Shown here: positions 25,132 through 36,738 of the stretch, in pieces
Position numbering within the stretch: the first letter of the stretch is position 1
Layout of the letters: each line of letters starts with the position of its first letter
Source of the DNA: Minutocellus sp. GHC0000111
Taxonomy: Eukaryota
Assembly (NCBI GenBank): GCA_977018835.1
Contig: OZ361256.1
Location: 6,696,001-6,760,000, forward strand
Length of the DNA stretch: 64,000 nt
Direction: 5' to 3'
Notes under the pieces: model-generated
Told to the model about the DNA's origin: nothing
Databases searched by the model: none
Seen by the model: the letters and a program-made list of their open reading frames with translations, nothing else
Translations under genes and position numbers: made by a program

Positions 25132-27500
25132 TTAGATATATCCACCAATGACAGTGGGAGTAAAGTCATTGCCGCCGGGCCACATTTGGAGACGGAACTT
25201 CTTGCCCTCGGGGGCTCCTCTGTGGTTCACTCGATCTTGATTGGTATTGTTCTGTAGCATCTTAGACTGGACGGCTGACACAGCCCCGTCGAAGGCATAC
25301 GAGGTATAGACGATCTTGTCCTCACCCTCGAGCAGTTTCGGCACCTTGATCTCATCCTTGCCCCTCCTACGCATCCATACGATGATGGGCTTGTGGTTGG
25401 GCGAGGCAAGGAGACGGGCCTTCATGTCGGCAAGTTCCCTTGCGTTCTTCTCTCTCTTCGCCTTGGATGCGCCACTGGCGTCCCTGTTACCGCTCTTCTG
25501 GGCGCTCTCTTCAGAGATGGACTTGACCAGGGCATGGATGGCGGAACCAGCATGAAGGCGCCGCAGGAATTCACCCCGACGGTACGATGCGGTTGACTTG
25601 GTGCAGTTGGAGTTGAGCAGGCGCAGGACGGTCTTCGAGAGGGATCTAACATCCTTCTGTGTCTTCGCCCACAAAAGTGTAGTGATTGAGCGATGAATAA
25701 CATCTGCGTAGTTCTGCAACACACGAAGAAATATACGTAAATGAAAGCAAAACAATGTGAGAATGAGAAAAATGAATGAATTCAATTCCACTTTTTGAAT
25801 GTAAAACATTCGGTTGAAGCACTCACCACTCTCCCTCCCCCATTGACTCTGCTGTCGACGAGGACTGCTCCATCTCCCTCGATGTCCGAGCTTTCCCCGT
25901 CAAGCTCGTAGTTGCTTGGTGGCTCAATGTTATTTGCCCGATACCAAATAGTTCTGCTCCTCTCGGAAATGTACGGGGACTGATTCTTCGCCAGACCATT
26001 GTTGATGCAACAGTAGGTTTCATCGGGAGAAAGAGCTTCACGGACCAGCACTGCGCGGTGCCTGGGGATAAAGGTGAGAGATGCATGGCCAAAATGGAAG
26101 AAGGCGATGTCATTGATGGCAGCATTGGGGCTGACATTCGAACGGTAGACAGGAACATCGCAGCCAAAATCACAGATGTTTCGAAGGCACTGCGTAGTAT
26201 GAAGGCGCTCGATACAAATTTCCTTGTCACGTCCGTCCAATGCGCAACCTCCGACACAAAGAGGCTTGAAGACGTACATCGCAGCATCGTCAAATACGTA
26301 AAGTCTAATCTCGTCCCTGTGCGTTCTCGCAACCAGAGCATAGCCTTTCTCGATCAGAACCTTGTGGATGCCACCAATGCGACGGAAGGCAAGTGTGTTT
26401 TCATCCATCAAGGCAATGCCTCCGTTTATTTTGTGGCTTTCGATTGTCTCCAAGCCACGAGCCTCGGCAGTTTCGAGCTCATGCGGCGCAAAGTTGGTAG
26501 AAAATATACCCTCGCGGGAAAGAGCACCAGGTTCGGCACATGACAGGAACAAATCAAAACGATGATCTGGACCGACAATGAACGTTTCAGCAAGGACTGC
26601 CGACGATGGGCGTCCCTTGTCGTCATTTGCTGTTGGCCAACTGGATATCAATATTGGAGAGATGTCACGGCGGACGTCCGGCATCGCTTTGGTGAATGCG
26701 GTAGCAATCTCATGTGCACTATCCTGTAGATTCGCAAGATACTGTTCGTCGCACGCACCCACCTCGGATGGGAAAGTAGAGAGGTTGAAAAAGTCCTGTG
26801 CTCCAGTCTCGAAGGTTTTCCGAGTGTATGCCTTGAGACCTCCAATCTCAACGCCACCACGATGAAGGAGGACACCGATAAAGTCCTTGTAGACCTGCAT
26901 GCACATTATTTAGCAAAGAATACAAGTTAATGTTGGTGAATAATGAAATGCATCCCTAACATGTGGAAATCGAGTGCCCATGCCAAATAGAAGAGCGCCA
27001 TGCTGCACTTACACCAGGCACGCCGTCAGTCTCAAGTATTTCCTCCCACAAATCCTTACAAAGACCAGTCATCTTCATATCCAATTCGGCCGACATGGAG
27101 TCGAGAGGAAACACTGGAACGATGGTAGACACGTCGGGATAGTCCTTGCTCCTTTCAAGGACGTCATTGGAGGATCCAATCTTCTTGACGACAGAACAAT
27201 TCAGTCGGAGGTCTCCATAGACGCCGCTTTGCTTGGTGGGAGAAGGGAGACGGAATTGGCTCAGGTGTTGGGATCGAATGTTGAGGAGCATGTCATCATC
27301 CTTAGCGGCGAGGACCATCTTCCCTCCATACTTTCGTAGGATGCGCAAGGTGACGGGATGGCAACGGAGCGGCATGAAACTGAGTCTCTTGTTTGGGCCA
27401 ATAAAGAAAGGGTTGAACTTTCTAAAGCAAATGCCAACGTAATTGATGGAGCCACATCAGTACCTTATTCTCACCTACATATGATATGAGGTGGCTCATT
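25132..27500 (-). CDS. Orphan multi-exon gene B with a GIY-YIG/T5orf172-like signature; introns 27012-26895 and 25826-25714; 5' end uncertain
   Basis: Phase-0 GT-AG introns join ORFs 26956-27375, 25782-26906 and 25132-25809. Paralogous to 28210-31273. Confidence 0.6.
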
Positions 27501-28209
27501 GATGGAAAGTTTCGCGGGCTTGCTGCAAAGGTCGATGATTTTATGAGTGTCTGAATGTTTCGGAAATGTCGACGCCAGATTTCGCGGGGTGCCAATTCGA
27601 AGTGCCGATGTTGATACTGAACAACAATCAACCACAACTACTCGATGGGAAGGGTATACATAGACGGCCTTCAGTATACCTGAGCGGATTCTGTGCTCAT
27701 GAAAGGTTCTTTGCACTGGCAAGGAAAGAAATGGAGGCAAGTCGATGTGAAAACTCGGCGATTTTATCGTAAATCTCGGTGGTCGTCGACCTCCAAGAAG
27801 AGTCATGGCTTGTAACGTAGGAAATAACCACAAACTCAATAACACTCTCATAGAGACACATCAGGGTACATATCCTGTGGGATTCTATGGGTAGTAGCTG
27901 CAGTAGAATGGCTTACTTCACGAATTGTAGACGTCTGTAATGTCTGAGAGTAAGGTCAGTCCCTGCGGGAGCCCCGTTGCAACTACTAAAGATGATGATG
28001 GCTAATAAGCTTCAAAGAGTGGACAAGTATACATCATCTATGTAAAAGTAACTTCTTATGTGTATATATAATGGAACGAAAGCAACTAGAATACTCTTGG
28101 TTGGATGAGCATGCCGATCTATCACGATCCTCTCTCAGCAAGGTTGGACGCATTTTAGGTCTGCTGGAGTTGAACCCATTGGACAGGAGCTAAATTAATC
28201 ATCATTAAT

Positions 28210-31200
28210 TTAGCTTCGGAATGTCTCTCGCATTTTTTCTAGCCTTTGTGTCCGGTGGTAGTAAAATTTCTCGTGTTCGCAATATAAAACACATGCTATC
28301 TCCTCCTTTCTCAAGGCGTTCAATCCTTCCTTCTTAAGTTTTTTCTTTGTTTTTGTGATCATGTCCTTATATTTGTTTTTCATGTTGTCGACATCCTCTT
28401 TTGTAAGTTTTCTTCTCTTAGGTGGTTGTCCCTCATTCCGTTGTTTTTTGTTTTGACCCTCATCTTTGATCCATTTGGAAAGCGTGCCTTGTTTAATGCC
28501 AAGTTGCTTGTGTTGGATAAATTTGGATTGAGAATACCCGGGATCGAGGCTGACTAAATTGCGATACTCCGTGACAATGGAACGCTTGAAGGTGGGGGTG
28601 AAAGTTCCGTCCTGGATGTTGCCACCCGAAACATCCGAAATGTCTGACACTAAATCAAACTTGCACTTGACATATCCACCAATGATAGTGGGAGTAAAAT
28701 TGTTGCCGCCGGGCCACATTTGGAGACGGAACTTCTTCCCCTTTGGGGCTCCTTTGCGATCTACTCGATCTTGATTGGTGTTGTTCTTTAACTTCTTGGG
28801 TTTGACAGCGGACACAGCCCCGTCGAAGGCATACGAGGTGTAGACAATCTTGTCCTCGCTCTTTAGCTCTTTCGGTACCTCGATCTCATCCTTGCCCCTC
28901 CTACGCATCCATGCGATGATGGGCTTGTGGTTGGTCGAGGTGAGGAGACGGGCCTTCATGTCGGCAAGTTCCTTTGCATTCTTCTCTCTCTTCGCCTTGA
29001 GAGCGCCACTGGCGTCCTTGTTACCGCTATTTTGGATGAGTTTGTCCCGTTCCGTCTCGACTAGATTTTTCAGGGGGGGGAGATCCAACAGTTCTCGTTC
29101 CAAGAACATCTTCCATCGGTATGTTGAGGATGTAGAATCGGTGTCATCGGAGAATAATTTCCATATCTTTTGTGTGGCAAGTTGAACCTCTTTTTCGGTT
29201 CTGCAGGTGGACATGATCGAGCAGGCCATTTCGACAACATTGGCCTTCAATGGACGACCAACAGAGTATCCGCTCTTCTCTCGTTTCTTCCGTTTTTTTG
29301 TAGCCTCTGAGACTGGGTAATAATCTTCCATCGGAGTCCTGGCTAGGTTGCTCATGATGATGGCGTTATCACCTCTTGGCATCGTCAGTGTGTGTCGGAA
29401 CCCAGCTGCAGCGGCGACTCTTCGAAATTGATGAAGCCCTCTGACTATAATCTCGTAACGGAAGCCACTTTCGATAGCGTTTGGGCCCACTCCCGGATCT
29501 ACGCCTCAGACGTGACGCTCAATGCGCCTCAATACCTCCAGGATGATGTTTCTTTCAATCACCTCAGCCAGTCGAATCTCGGGCCGAGCATCTCCGGCGA
29601 TGCCAAGAGGCGCATGTAAGACGATAATTGAAAGTGCCGAAGGTTTGCGGAACATGACGATTTTCCCGTTGAACAGCTTCGCAATCTTGTCGTATCCGTA
29701 AGTTTCTTCAATGACAGTCTCCAAACGGTTGTTTGGGAAGCCCGAGGCTTCGTTGCGATCCACGAACAAAAGCGATGAACACGCGCCTACTCGGGGAGAG
29801 TATCCGGTGACCCGATTCCCAGACCGAATGGCTTCCATCATCAGGGAGGCGTCATTGTCGCTCATGTTGGGTATCGGATGAGCAACGGATGAAATTTCCC
29901 TGTGCGCAACCCGTCTTGCCTTCTCAAGGAGAGGTTCCGAAAAAACATCCGTTTCATACGCTTGACGTATGTTCTTCGGTCGCTCGTTAGGATGCACTGG
30001 AATCGTATCCAGCCATCGGTCTCCAACAATAAGCTTTGTGGCTTCAATCTGAGAAGAAAGATACGGTCCGAATCTCGCAGGCGCCCACGAAGCAACACCT
30101 CTGCTGGACGTTGTTCCCACGGGCAAAATAGCTAGCAGAGGCTCGATGACGTCCATGACCATTTCGACGAGGCGACCATTGTGATTCATGACTTCAGTGT
30201 CGAACGTAAATTGTTCGCCTATCACCCACCATCGAAGAAGATGGATAGACAGACAGATGGATAGATGGACATGTAGAGAGGTAGAGAGGTAGAAAGGGAG
30301 GGAGAGAGGGAGAGAGAGGAGAAAGAAGATGGTTAGGTCTTCACACGTGCATGTGACTCTCCGTGAATCGAATCCGCATCAATGCGCTCACCCAGTGCCT
30401 CGACGTGAAATCCATTCTCATTGCAATTTAACTGAGCGCCAATTTCTAAAAGCGCTCTAGAGAACACTTTTTTCAATCCAAGCCTTTCGCCGCCTTCTTC
30501 TCTTATCATTTTTAGGAAGTTTTCTGTTTGTCATCAACATCCTTGTCCTCTAGAATCTCTTTCACCATTGCAAGATATAGATCAATTAGCCCTTGATCAA
30601 GATCCATTGGCATAGAATCTACGTTGATGATGGTGCGAATAACATCGTCTTCCGCGTACCCAAGTTTCTTACGAAGCCGGAGATTGCCAGTTTGCCCGAT
30701 TTTTTTCTTTCTGCCGTCGCCTGAATGTTTGTAGTAAATTACCGCCGTACTAAAGTTGTCTGCCGTGCGGTCACTGGCGAAGCACGAAAAGTAAGGCGCA
30801 GTCGGGTCAAAACATAGGTTGTGTTTTCTAAACAGTTGCAGGGCGTTGGCTGCATATTTTTCAACGATTCGACGGACCTTCGGATCGGTGACGCCCAGCC
30901 GTTGCAATCGAATGTCTTGAGAAGGGTCAAGGTGCAGAACACCGTCTACATGATGATAAACTTTGGCTCGATAGGCATGTTGATCTTGTCCCTGGTTGGG
31001 ATCCGTGGTCAATGGTTGGTCTTCTGTACATTCTACGTCGTCGACATCGTCACAGCTACACGTAGGATCGAGATCTATCTTGTCGAATGCAGTGCAGTAT
31101 GGATCGTCAACATCAATAAGATCGCCGAGGAGATCTGCCACTTCATTGGATGACACGGATGAGTCACAACACGTGGAAAGATCGTCCTCCGACTCGTCGG

Positions 31201-31273
31201 AGATATTAGACGAAACATCTTCGTAGGCAGATTCGTCGGTGTCGCACATAGCGATCTGGTGTCTGTGTGGCAT
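28210..31273 (-). pseudogene. Orphan gene A (~950 aa reconstructed) with a GIY-YIG/T5orf172-like signature and a C-terminal HTH-like segment; frameshift ~30520, intron 30391-30219, in-frame TGA 29506-29508
   Basis: ORFs 30512-31273, 29506-30225 and 28210-29490 join into one reading. SQSKFIQHKQLGIKQGTLSKWIK is HTH-like. Confidence 0.6.
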
Positions 31274-31359
31274 TGACTGCTGTGTAGCTACTCAACTATG
31301 AAGATGTGCGTAAACTTTCAATTCAAGATAATGAGAGGTCTAATCTATGCCTTGTTCGA

Positions 31360-31471
31360 TTCTGATGTTCAATTCTGATGTTCAGTTCTGATGTTCAGTT
31401 CTGATGTTCAGTTCTGATGTTCAGTTCTGATGTTCACTTCTGATGTTCAGTTCTGATGTTCAATTCTGATG
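31360..31471. repeat. 13-bp minisatellite (TTCTGATGTTCAR), about 9 copies
   Basis: Read directly from the sequence. Confidence 0.95.
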
Positions 31472-31722
31472 TGTTCTCAACTTTTTTCAAAAAATGGTAC
31501 CGGCACTACAGTGTAGCTACATCTACATGGCACTACCGACAGGATTCGTGCTACATGTAGTCTAGACTACTGGCTACGTTGTAGGTTGTGCACGTTTCTG
31601 CAGAGAATTGCCTTGACTCTGTTGATCTGGCCTTCAAGATGACAATTTGATAAAACATTTACGTAGATTCTATTTGTGCATGTATGTACCGTAGCTAGAT
31701 CTACTAGCTAGCTACTTGACTA

Positions 31723-32282
31723 CAGTCCGTTCTCACCTGTGAGCAATTGCATTCTTGGCCCGAGGTCAAAAATTGCTTGCGACCTCCCGAAATTTGGGGT
31801 CAGAGCTAAGCAATTGCTTATTAACATGTACTGATGACGTGGAAGATGCTAAATTAAGTTACTACGTAGTACATGTTAAATTGTTAGCTACATGTACGTA
31901 GTAAAGCTGAGAAACGTGGAAATTTTCTCATTCCAGCTTGCTTGCCAACAGACCAAGCGCGTCGTAGATTGACACCACCAATGTTGGCTTCCTCCTCACC
32001 GGTAGCAAGAGTATCGAAGTCTTCCTTGGACAGGTGTGAAACTCCGTCCTCGCCAAAATCCTGGAGAAAATGTAGTCTCCATCAATTAGATCTACGTACC
32101 GACCGGTGCCGGCACCGGACCAAAAGCTGTTTTTTTCCGTCCGAGATGACGCAATGCGCTGATGAAGCTCTGAAACTAAAAGCAATCGCCCGCCCAGCCG
32201 ACGAGGTCAAGAATTGCTTAGGAGGAGGCAAAGTGGTGGGTCAAACCTAAGCAATTGCCAATACATAGGTGAGAACGGACTG
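31723..32282. mobile_element. MITE (Tc1/mariner-like, 560 bp)
   Basis: Perfect 16-bp TIR CAGTCCGTTCTCACCT at 31723-31738 and 32267-32282. Flanked by TA on the left and TG on the right. Subterminal AGCAATTGC repeats. Confidence 0.85.
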
Positions 32283-32514
32283 TGCATGTAGTAGATCTAG
32301 CTACTTACATGTACCGGTAGCACATGTAGACTACATGTGCCTAAGTAGAGATCTACCGGTAGGCAAAAAAGATACGGCATGACTAACTTCGGGCGGCGCG
32401 CGCGGTGGGCGGACGGACAGACATAAAATCAACGGAAACTGCTCATTCTCCACTTGACAGCCATGTACTAGTAGAGTATGTACCTGCAACATACAGGACG
32501 AGCGACAATTGGCA

Positions 32515-33441
32515 ATGACAAACGATTACAGGGTTTTATTGGATGAATATGACGATAGCGAGGTGTACGCTTCATTCCGGGGTCTCTCGTGGGAGGAGGC
32601 CCACGCGCCAGCATCATCACAGCAGCACGACGCCCAAGACCCGGCACTTTCCGCCGGTACCAACGGCTCGTACAATAGGACTGCCAAGAAACGGAGATTG
32701 AGAGATTCCGTTGCAGTCCAAACATTCGAAGAGAAGTGGCACGCCTTGAAGGTTTGGTGGCATTTCCGGCGGCGATGGCCTCAGCGAACGGCCCTGCATC
32801 GAGGATTCGTGATGCTTAATATTTTGAGCGTTGCGTCGTGTGTGCGAATGATATTGGCGCAAATGACCCCGATACTTCTTCGGGCGCCGATTTCGTCGGC
32901 CCTGGAAGTTGTGTTGAGGATATACATCTCGATATACTGTCTCATCTTTGTCGTTGCGGAGCTGGAGCTCCGAATACCAATCATCTGGAAAAGAAGTGAT
33001 GGATTCTTGAGATCTTTCCTGCCGCGGGGTCTCTCGTTCACCTTCATCGCCTTGGTTGGTGATGCTGAGGGTATGTTTGATGAAAAGATTGAAGATATCA
33101 AACGAGTTCGCCAGTCACCTGAATCCCTGCCAGGGCCTGGTCTCTTCTTGGCTCTGCTCGTGCAGCTGTCGTCGTGGATGCTCTTGGTTGCTGGCATCAC
33201 ATACATTCTGCTTGGTTTGTGGTGCTGTCCTAATATGCAGAAGAAGAGAGATGAGTGCCGAGTGGAATATCGCGCCGAGGTGAACAGTTTCCTCAAACGA
33301 ATGAGAGATGAAAATGATGCCGAATTACAGGCAGATGATGTACCGAGACGGCGCTCGGGAAGCTGCGACTTCGGAGATGGTGCTGTTGGGGCTACTAGTA
33401 CTTTGTCTCGGACCAGCAGTATCGATTTTGGATCGGGCTAG
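32515..33441 (+). CDS. Multi-pass membrane protein, COPI-associated/TVP15-like
   Basis: Four hydrophobic segments; LRIYISIYCLIFVVAELE and FLRSFLPRGLSFTFIALV. Confidence 0.7.
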   Translation: MTNDYRVLLDEYDDSEVYASFRGLSWEEAHAPASSQQHDAQDPALSAGTNGSYNRTAKKRRLRDSVAVQTFEEKWHALKVWWHFRRRWPQRTALHRGFVMLNILSVASCVRMILAQMTPILLRAPISSALEVVLRIYISIYCLIFVVAELELRIPIIWKRSDGFLRSFLPRGLSFTFIALVGDAEGMFDEKIEDIKRVRQSPESLPGPGLFLALLVQLSSWMLLVAGITYILLGLWCCPNMQKKRDECRVEYRAEVNSFLKRMRDENDAELQADDVPRRRSGSCDFGDGAVGATSTLSRTSSIDFGSG

Positions 33442-33902
33442 CTACTACTACGTAGTATGTACCGGTTATTGTTGGATGAAGAAATGAATCGTCTGTCGCG
33501 AATATGAAGAAGCTGAGATGATATGCTACCTTACATACTACGAAACTGGACTACTGTGGAGTTCGATCAATATGTCTGCGCAACACCTTTGTTGTAGTTT
33601 TATTTATGCTAGCGTGGTGTGACATACTGAACAGGTGAAGTGTGAAACTATGAAAAGGGTGCGAGCCGCCACCACATTAAGCGATTGACGGCCGCAATAC
33701 TTTCAGCGCAGACCAATGGATCTAGCCAGGTGCGAACGTAGGACGTGGGCATTGGCCGTACGTAAAAATTAACAATTATCGTGACATACATCCGAATATC
33801 TCTAGCGAGGTGCCCCTTTTTACGTACGCAGCTGCAAAGGATTGAAGGCCAATAGCCGACGGTAGGACGGCGGCGCCAGCAATCACTTCTGCATTTGCTG
33901 TT

Positions 33903-35711
33903 TTAGCTGTCTTCGTCTTCCTTCTCCTTAAGGGGCATGACCATATTGACCCTGTCCTCGAGAGCATTGGCGCCATGCTCAGGGTCGATGGCGCACTGGA
34001 CGCCGACGTAGTTGACGATGCAGTTGTCCTGGTCGCGGAGGGCGGCAACGAAGAATTGGTTCCAGAACGGTGTACCGTCGGCCTTTTAGTTGAGAATGCA
34101 CGTCGTTGCATCCGTTCCATTGGCGATGGCCTGCCGTATGACGTCGACTGCCTTGGGGTCGGTTCCGGGACCTTGGAGGAAGCGACAGTTTCGACCGAGC
34201 ACTTGCTCACGGGTATAACCCGTGAGTTCGTAGAAACCTTGGCTTGCGTAGACGATGGGATTGTCAGGGAGGCGAGGGTCGGATAGGACGAAGTTCTGTT
34301 GGCCAGTAGTGAGGCTCGAGATGAGACTAAAGTCCGACTTGACAAGCTCCTTTGTATCCTTGTTGTCGATCTTAACATCGTGGATGGGAGATTTGGCTTC
34401 GTCGTCGAAGAGGGGGCTCTTCTGGCAACAATCGTCAAAGATCTTCTGAGCATGCTCGGGTATCTTGGCCTGAATGATTTGACGAAGGACCTCGTTCTCC
34501 TTCTGAAGATTCTGTACCTCCTGCTGGAGGGATTCTAGCATGAATTTCTTCCGGACACGGCTTCGCTTGGCGTGCTCTCGGTTTCGCTGACGCCTCTCGG
34601 CGACGGCCTGCTCGGACATCGGCCCACCAATGGCAGTGCTGGCTCCCATGAGGCCTGCGTGGGCACCCATCATACCATAGGCACCAGCCCCGGCCATGCC
34701 AGCGCCAATGCCGGCGGCTTTTTGCTGCGTGACATGCTGAACGTGCGACAATCCGACGCCGCCTGCACCGGAAGCTCCCCATTGGGTGTGAGTCATAGTC
34801 ATGCCACCAGGCCCAGTCGCGACGCCTCCATTCCCACCGATGCGAATACCGACGCCAACGGGCAAAGATACCTGCTGTTGTTGCTGTGGCAGTCCTCCTC
34901 CACCTCCTATCGCAGCTTGCTGTTGCTGCTGGCCTGGTGGCTGCATCGGAAATCCAAGGCGGCTCGACACGCCCCCTCCAGTGGCCAAGCTTTGTTCCAT
35001 CTTGGACTTTTTCGGCGCAGGCTCTTGTGCTTGTGCTTGCGATTGCATTTGCTGCAAATACGTGGCCGAAGAACCCATCCCCGGTACGCCCATGCCGGCC
35101 ACGGCGGCTGCCGTTGCGGCCATTCCAGGATCCGCCGCCGCCGCCAGGGCAAAGTTATTGTTGTTGTGGAAGGCCGTCTGGATGCCTCTGCCGGTCGGCA
35201 GAGCGGCGCCATCGAACCCAACAGATCCCGCCACGGTCGCCGCCTGCTGCTGGAGTTGATGCTGCGTTGCCGCCGCATCGTTAGGGAGCATAGCGGCAGT
35301 TACCGTCTGGTTGAAGGTGCGGAGAGGATCCTCCATCTCATTGACAAAGCAATCGGCAAACAAGTCGTTCAGGTCCAAATCTGGCTCTCCGGACTGCTCC
35401 AATCAGATGCATCGCATGCATCAAAGCAGAAGCCAAATCCAAATTCAATTGCATCCAGAGTGTGCACGTGTAGTTCCAAGTCAAGATCCGAATGATTTAT
35501 GTAATTCGATCCCAATGCAAGCCAAAACATGGATCAAGGATTCGACAGAGGGTGTCAACAGAAGTGAGCTTCCAAACATGTATTTCGAGCACATAATATA
35601 CAAAAAAGATATTTCTCCCAAAGAACATTTGCAACATCAGTGAGCAACATCAATGATACGCACCTTTCGACCCTGTGCCGGCGCGAACAGGGGTTGCTGG
35701 AAGCCCGACAT
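33903..35711 (-). pseudogene. AUREO: Aureochrome (bZIP-LOV blue-light transcription factor) with an in-frame TAA inside the LOV domain (34086-34088); exons 35711-35664 and 35393-33903
   Basis: bZIP ERRQRNREHAKRSRVRKKFMLESLQ. LOV NFVLSDPRLPDNPIVYASQGF...GRNCRFLQG...CILN*KADGTPFWNQFFVAALRD..NYVGVQC continues in frame to TAA at 33903. Confidence 0.92.
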
Positions 35712-36328
35712 TCTGCAAGCGTTATCTGCTACCGGCACTTTTTCTGCTTCAGAACTGGATGAGCCGAGTGAGCCGGAGGGAGGTCACTTGGTTTCGAGAA
35801 GGAATCAAACTAGATCTGCGAAGAACGAAGCCCCGAAGTGTGAGATAAAAATAGAAGATGAATATGAGTCATGGAATTGATATCGAGTGGAAAATTGGAA
35901 GTCAAAGTGCCGAGAGGTCGAGGTAACATGTCGGCCAGTCCAATCGGCTCGAATTTTCGCAGGCCAGCACAATCTCTGCAGAGGGCCGAAAAACAACGCT
36001 GGCGCCCCCGGAAATTTCAAAGATTCAGGTTCCACGGTTGAACGGATCGTCGATGGACCAGTAGGAACTAGTTTTCTTCTCGATCGGACATTGCATATAA
36101 TCTTCAACGCCACAGTATGATCGCAGCAGGGGCGACGCCCAGTCTGCTGGAAATCAACGGATCGAGAAAGCAGGCAAAGTTACAGCGGATGGGTCGGTTT
36201 GTGCTGACAATTCACCGCTAACATCCATATCGAAGTTTCGCTGGGTTCTCTGTGGAGTGATCTCCGGTCCCATCATATCTTTCTCCTCCATCTCTACTAG
36301 GGAAAGCATCATCTAATAGTTAGCAATA

Positions 36329-36600
36329 ATGCCATCTCCAGCATCTCAAACCGCCTCAATTCTCTTCTACTTTTGACGACGCTCGGTGCCAGCGTTGGTG
36401 CTGAGAATGTTGGCATCAAGGCCAAGGTCACCAACGCCGTTTGCTCGAATGGGTTGGTTTTGAATGACTACTCCATCCAATGCCTCGACGACAACGGCGA
36501 GGTGACGGCTTGCGGATTCGGAAGAAGCGCCAACATTAACGCTAATATATACTAAACTCTGCACAATAATTTGGCGTCTGCCAATGGCTGATTGCGGAGC
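36329..36600 (+). pseudogene. Possible fragment of a secreted protein
   Basis: Signal-like ASILFYF(L)TTLGASVGA needs a 1-nt correction near 36372; a short Cys-containing coding-like stretch follows, then a stop. Confidence 0.3.
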
Positions 36601-36738
36601 ACTCTGCTGGGAAAGAATTCCAGCGCTCGCATCGGTACCGCCAGAAACGATTTCTCTGACCTTAATGTGATATTAGGTTCGTATTTAGATTGTTGCTATA
36701 ATAAAAGTTATCTCACGAAACATGGTGTCAACCACATT

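Noticed and set aside
1458..34088. Genome-wide stop-codon reassignment (TAA/TAG = Tyr, or TGA = sense)
   Set aside because: All three stop codons terminate intact genes here (H1 and MED6 TAA, WDR89 TAG, EF-G TGA). The internal stops whose expected residue can be inferred are one substitution from it and co-occur with frameshifts and deletions. Decay or assembly error is simpler.
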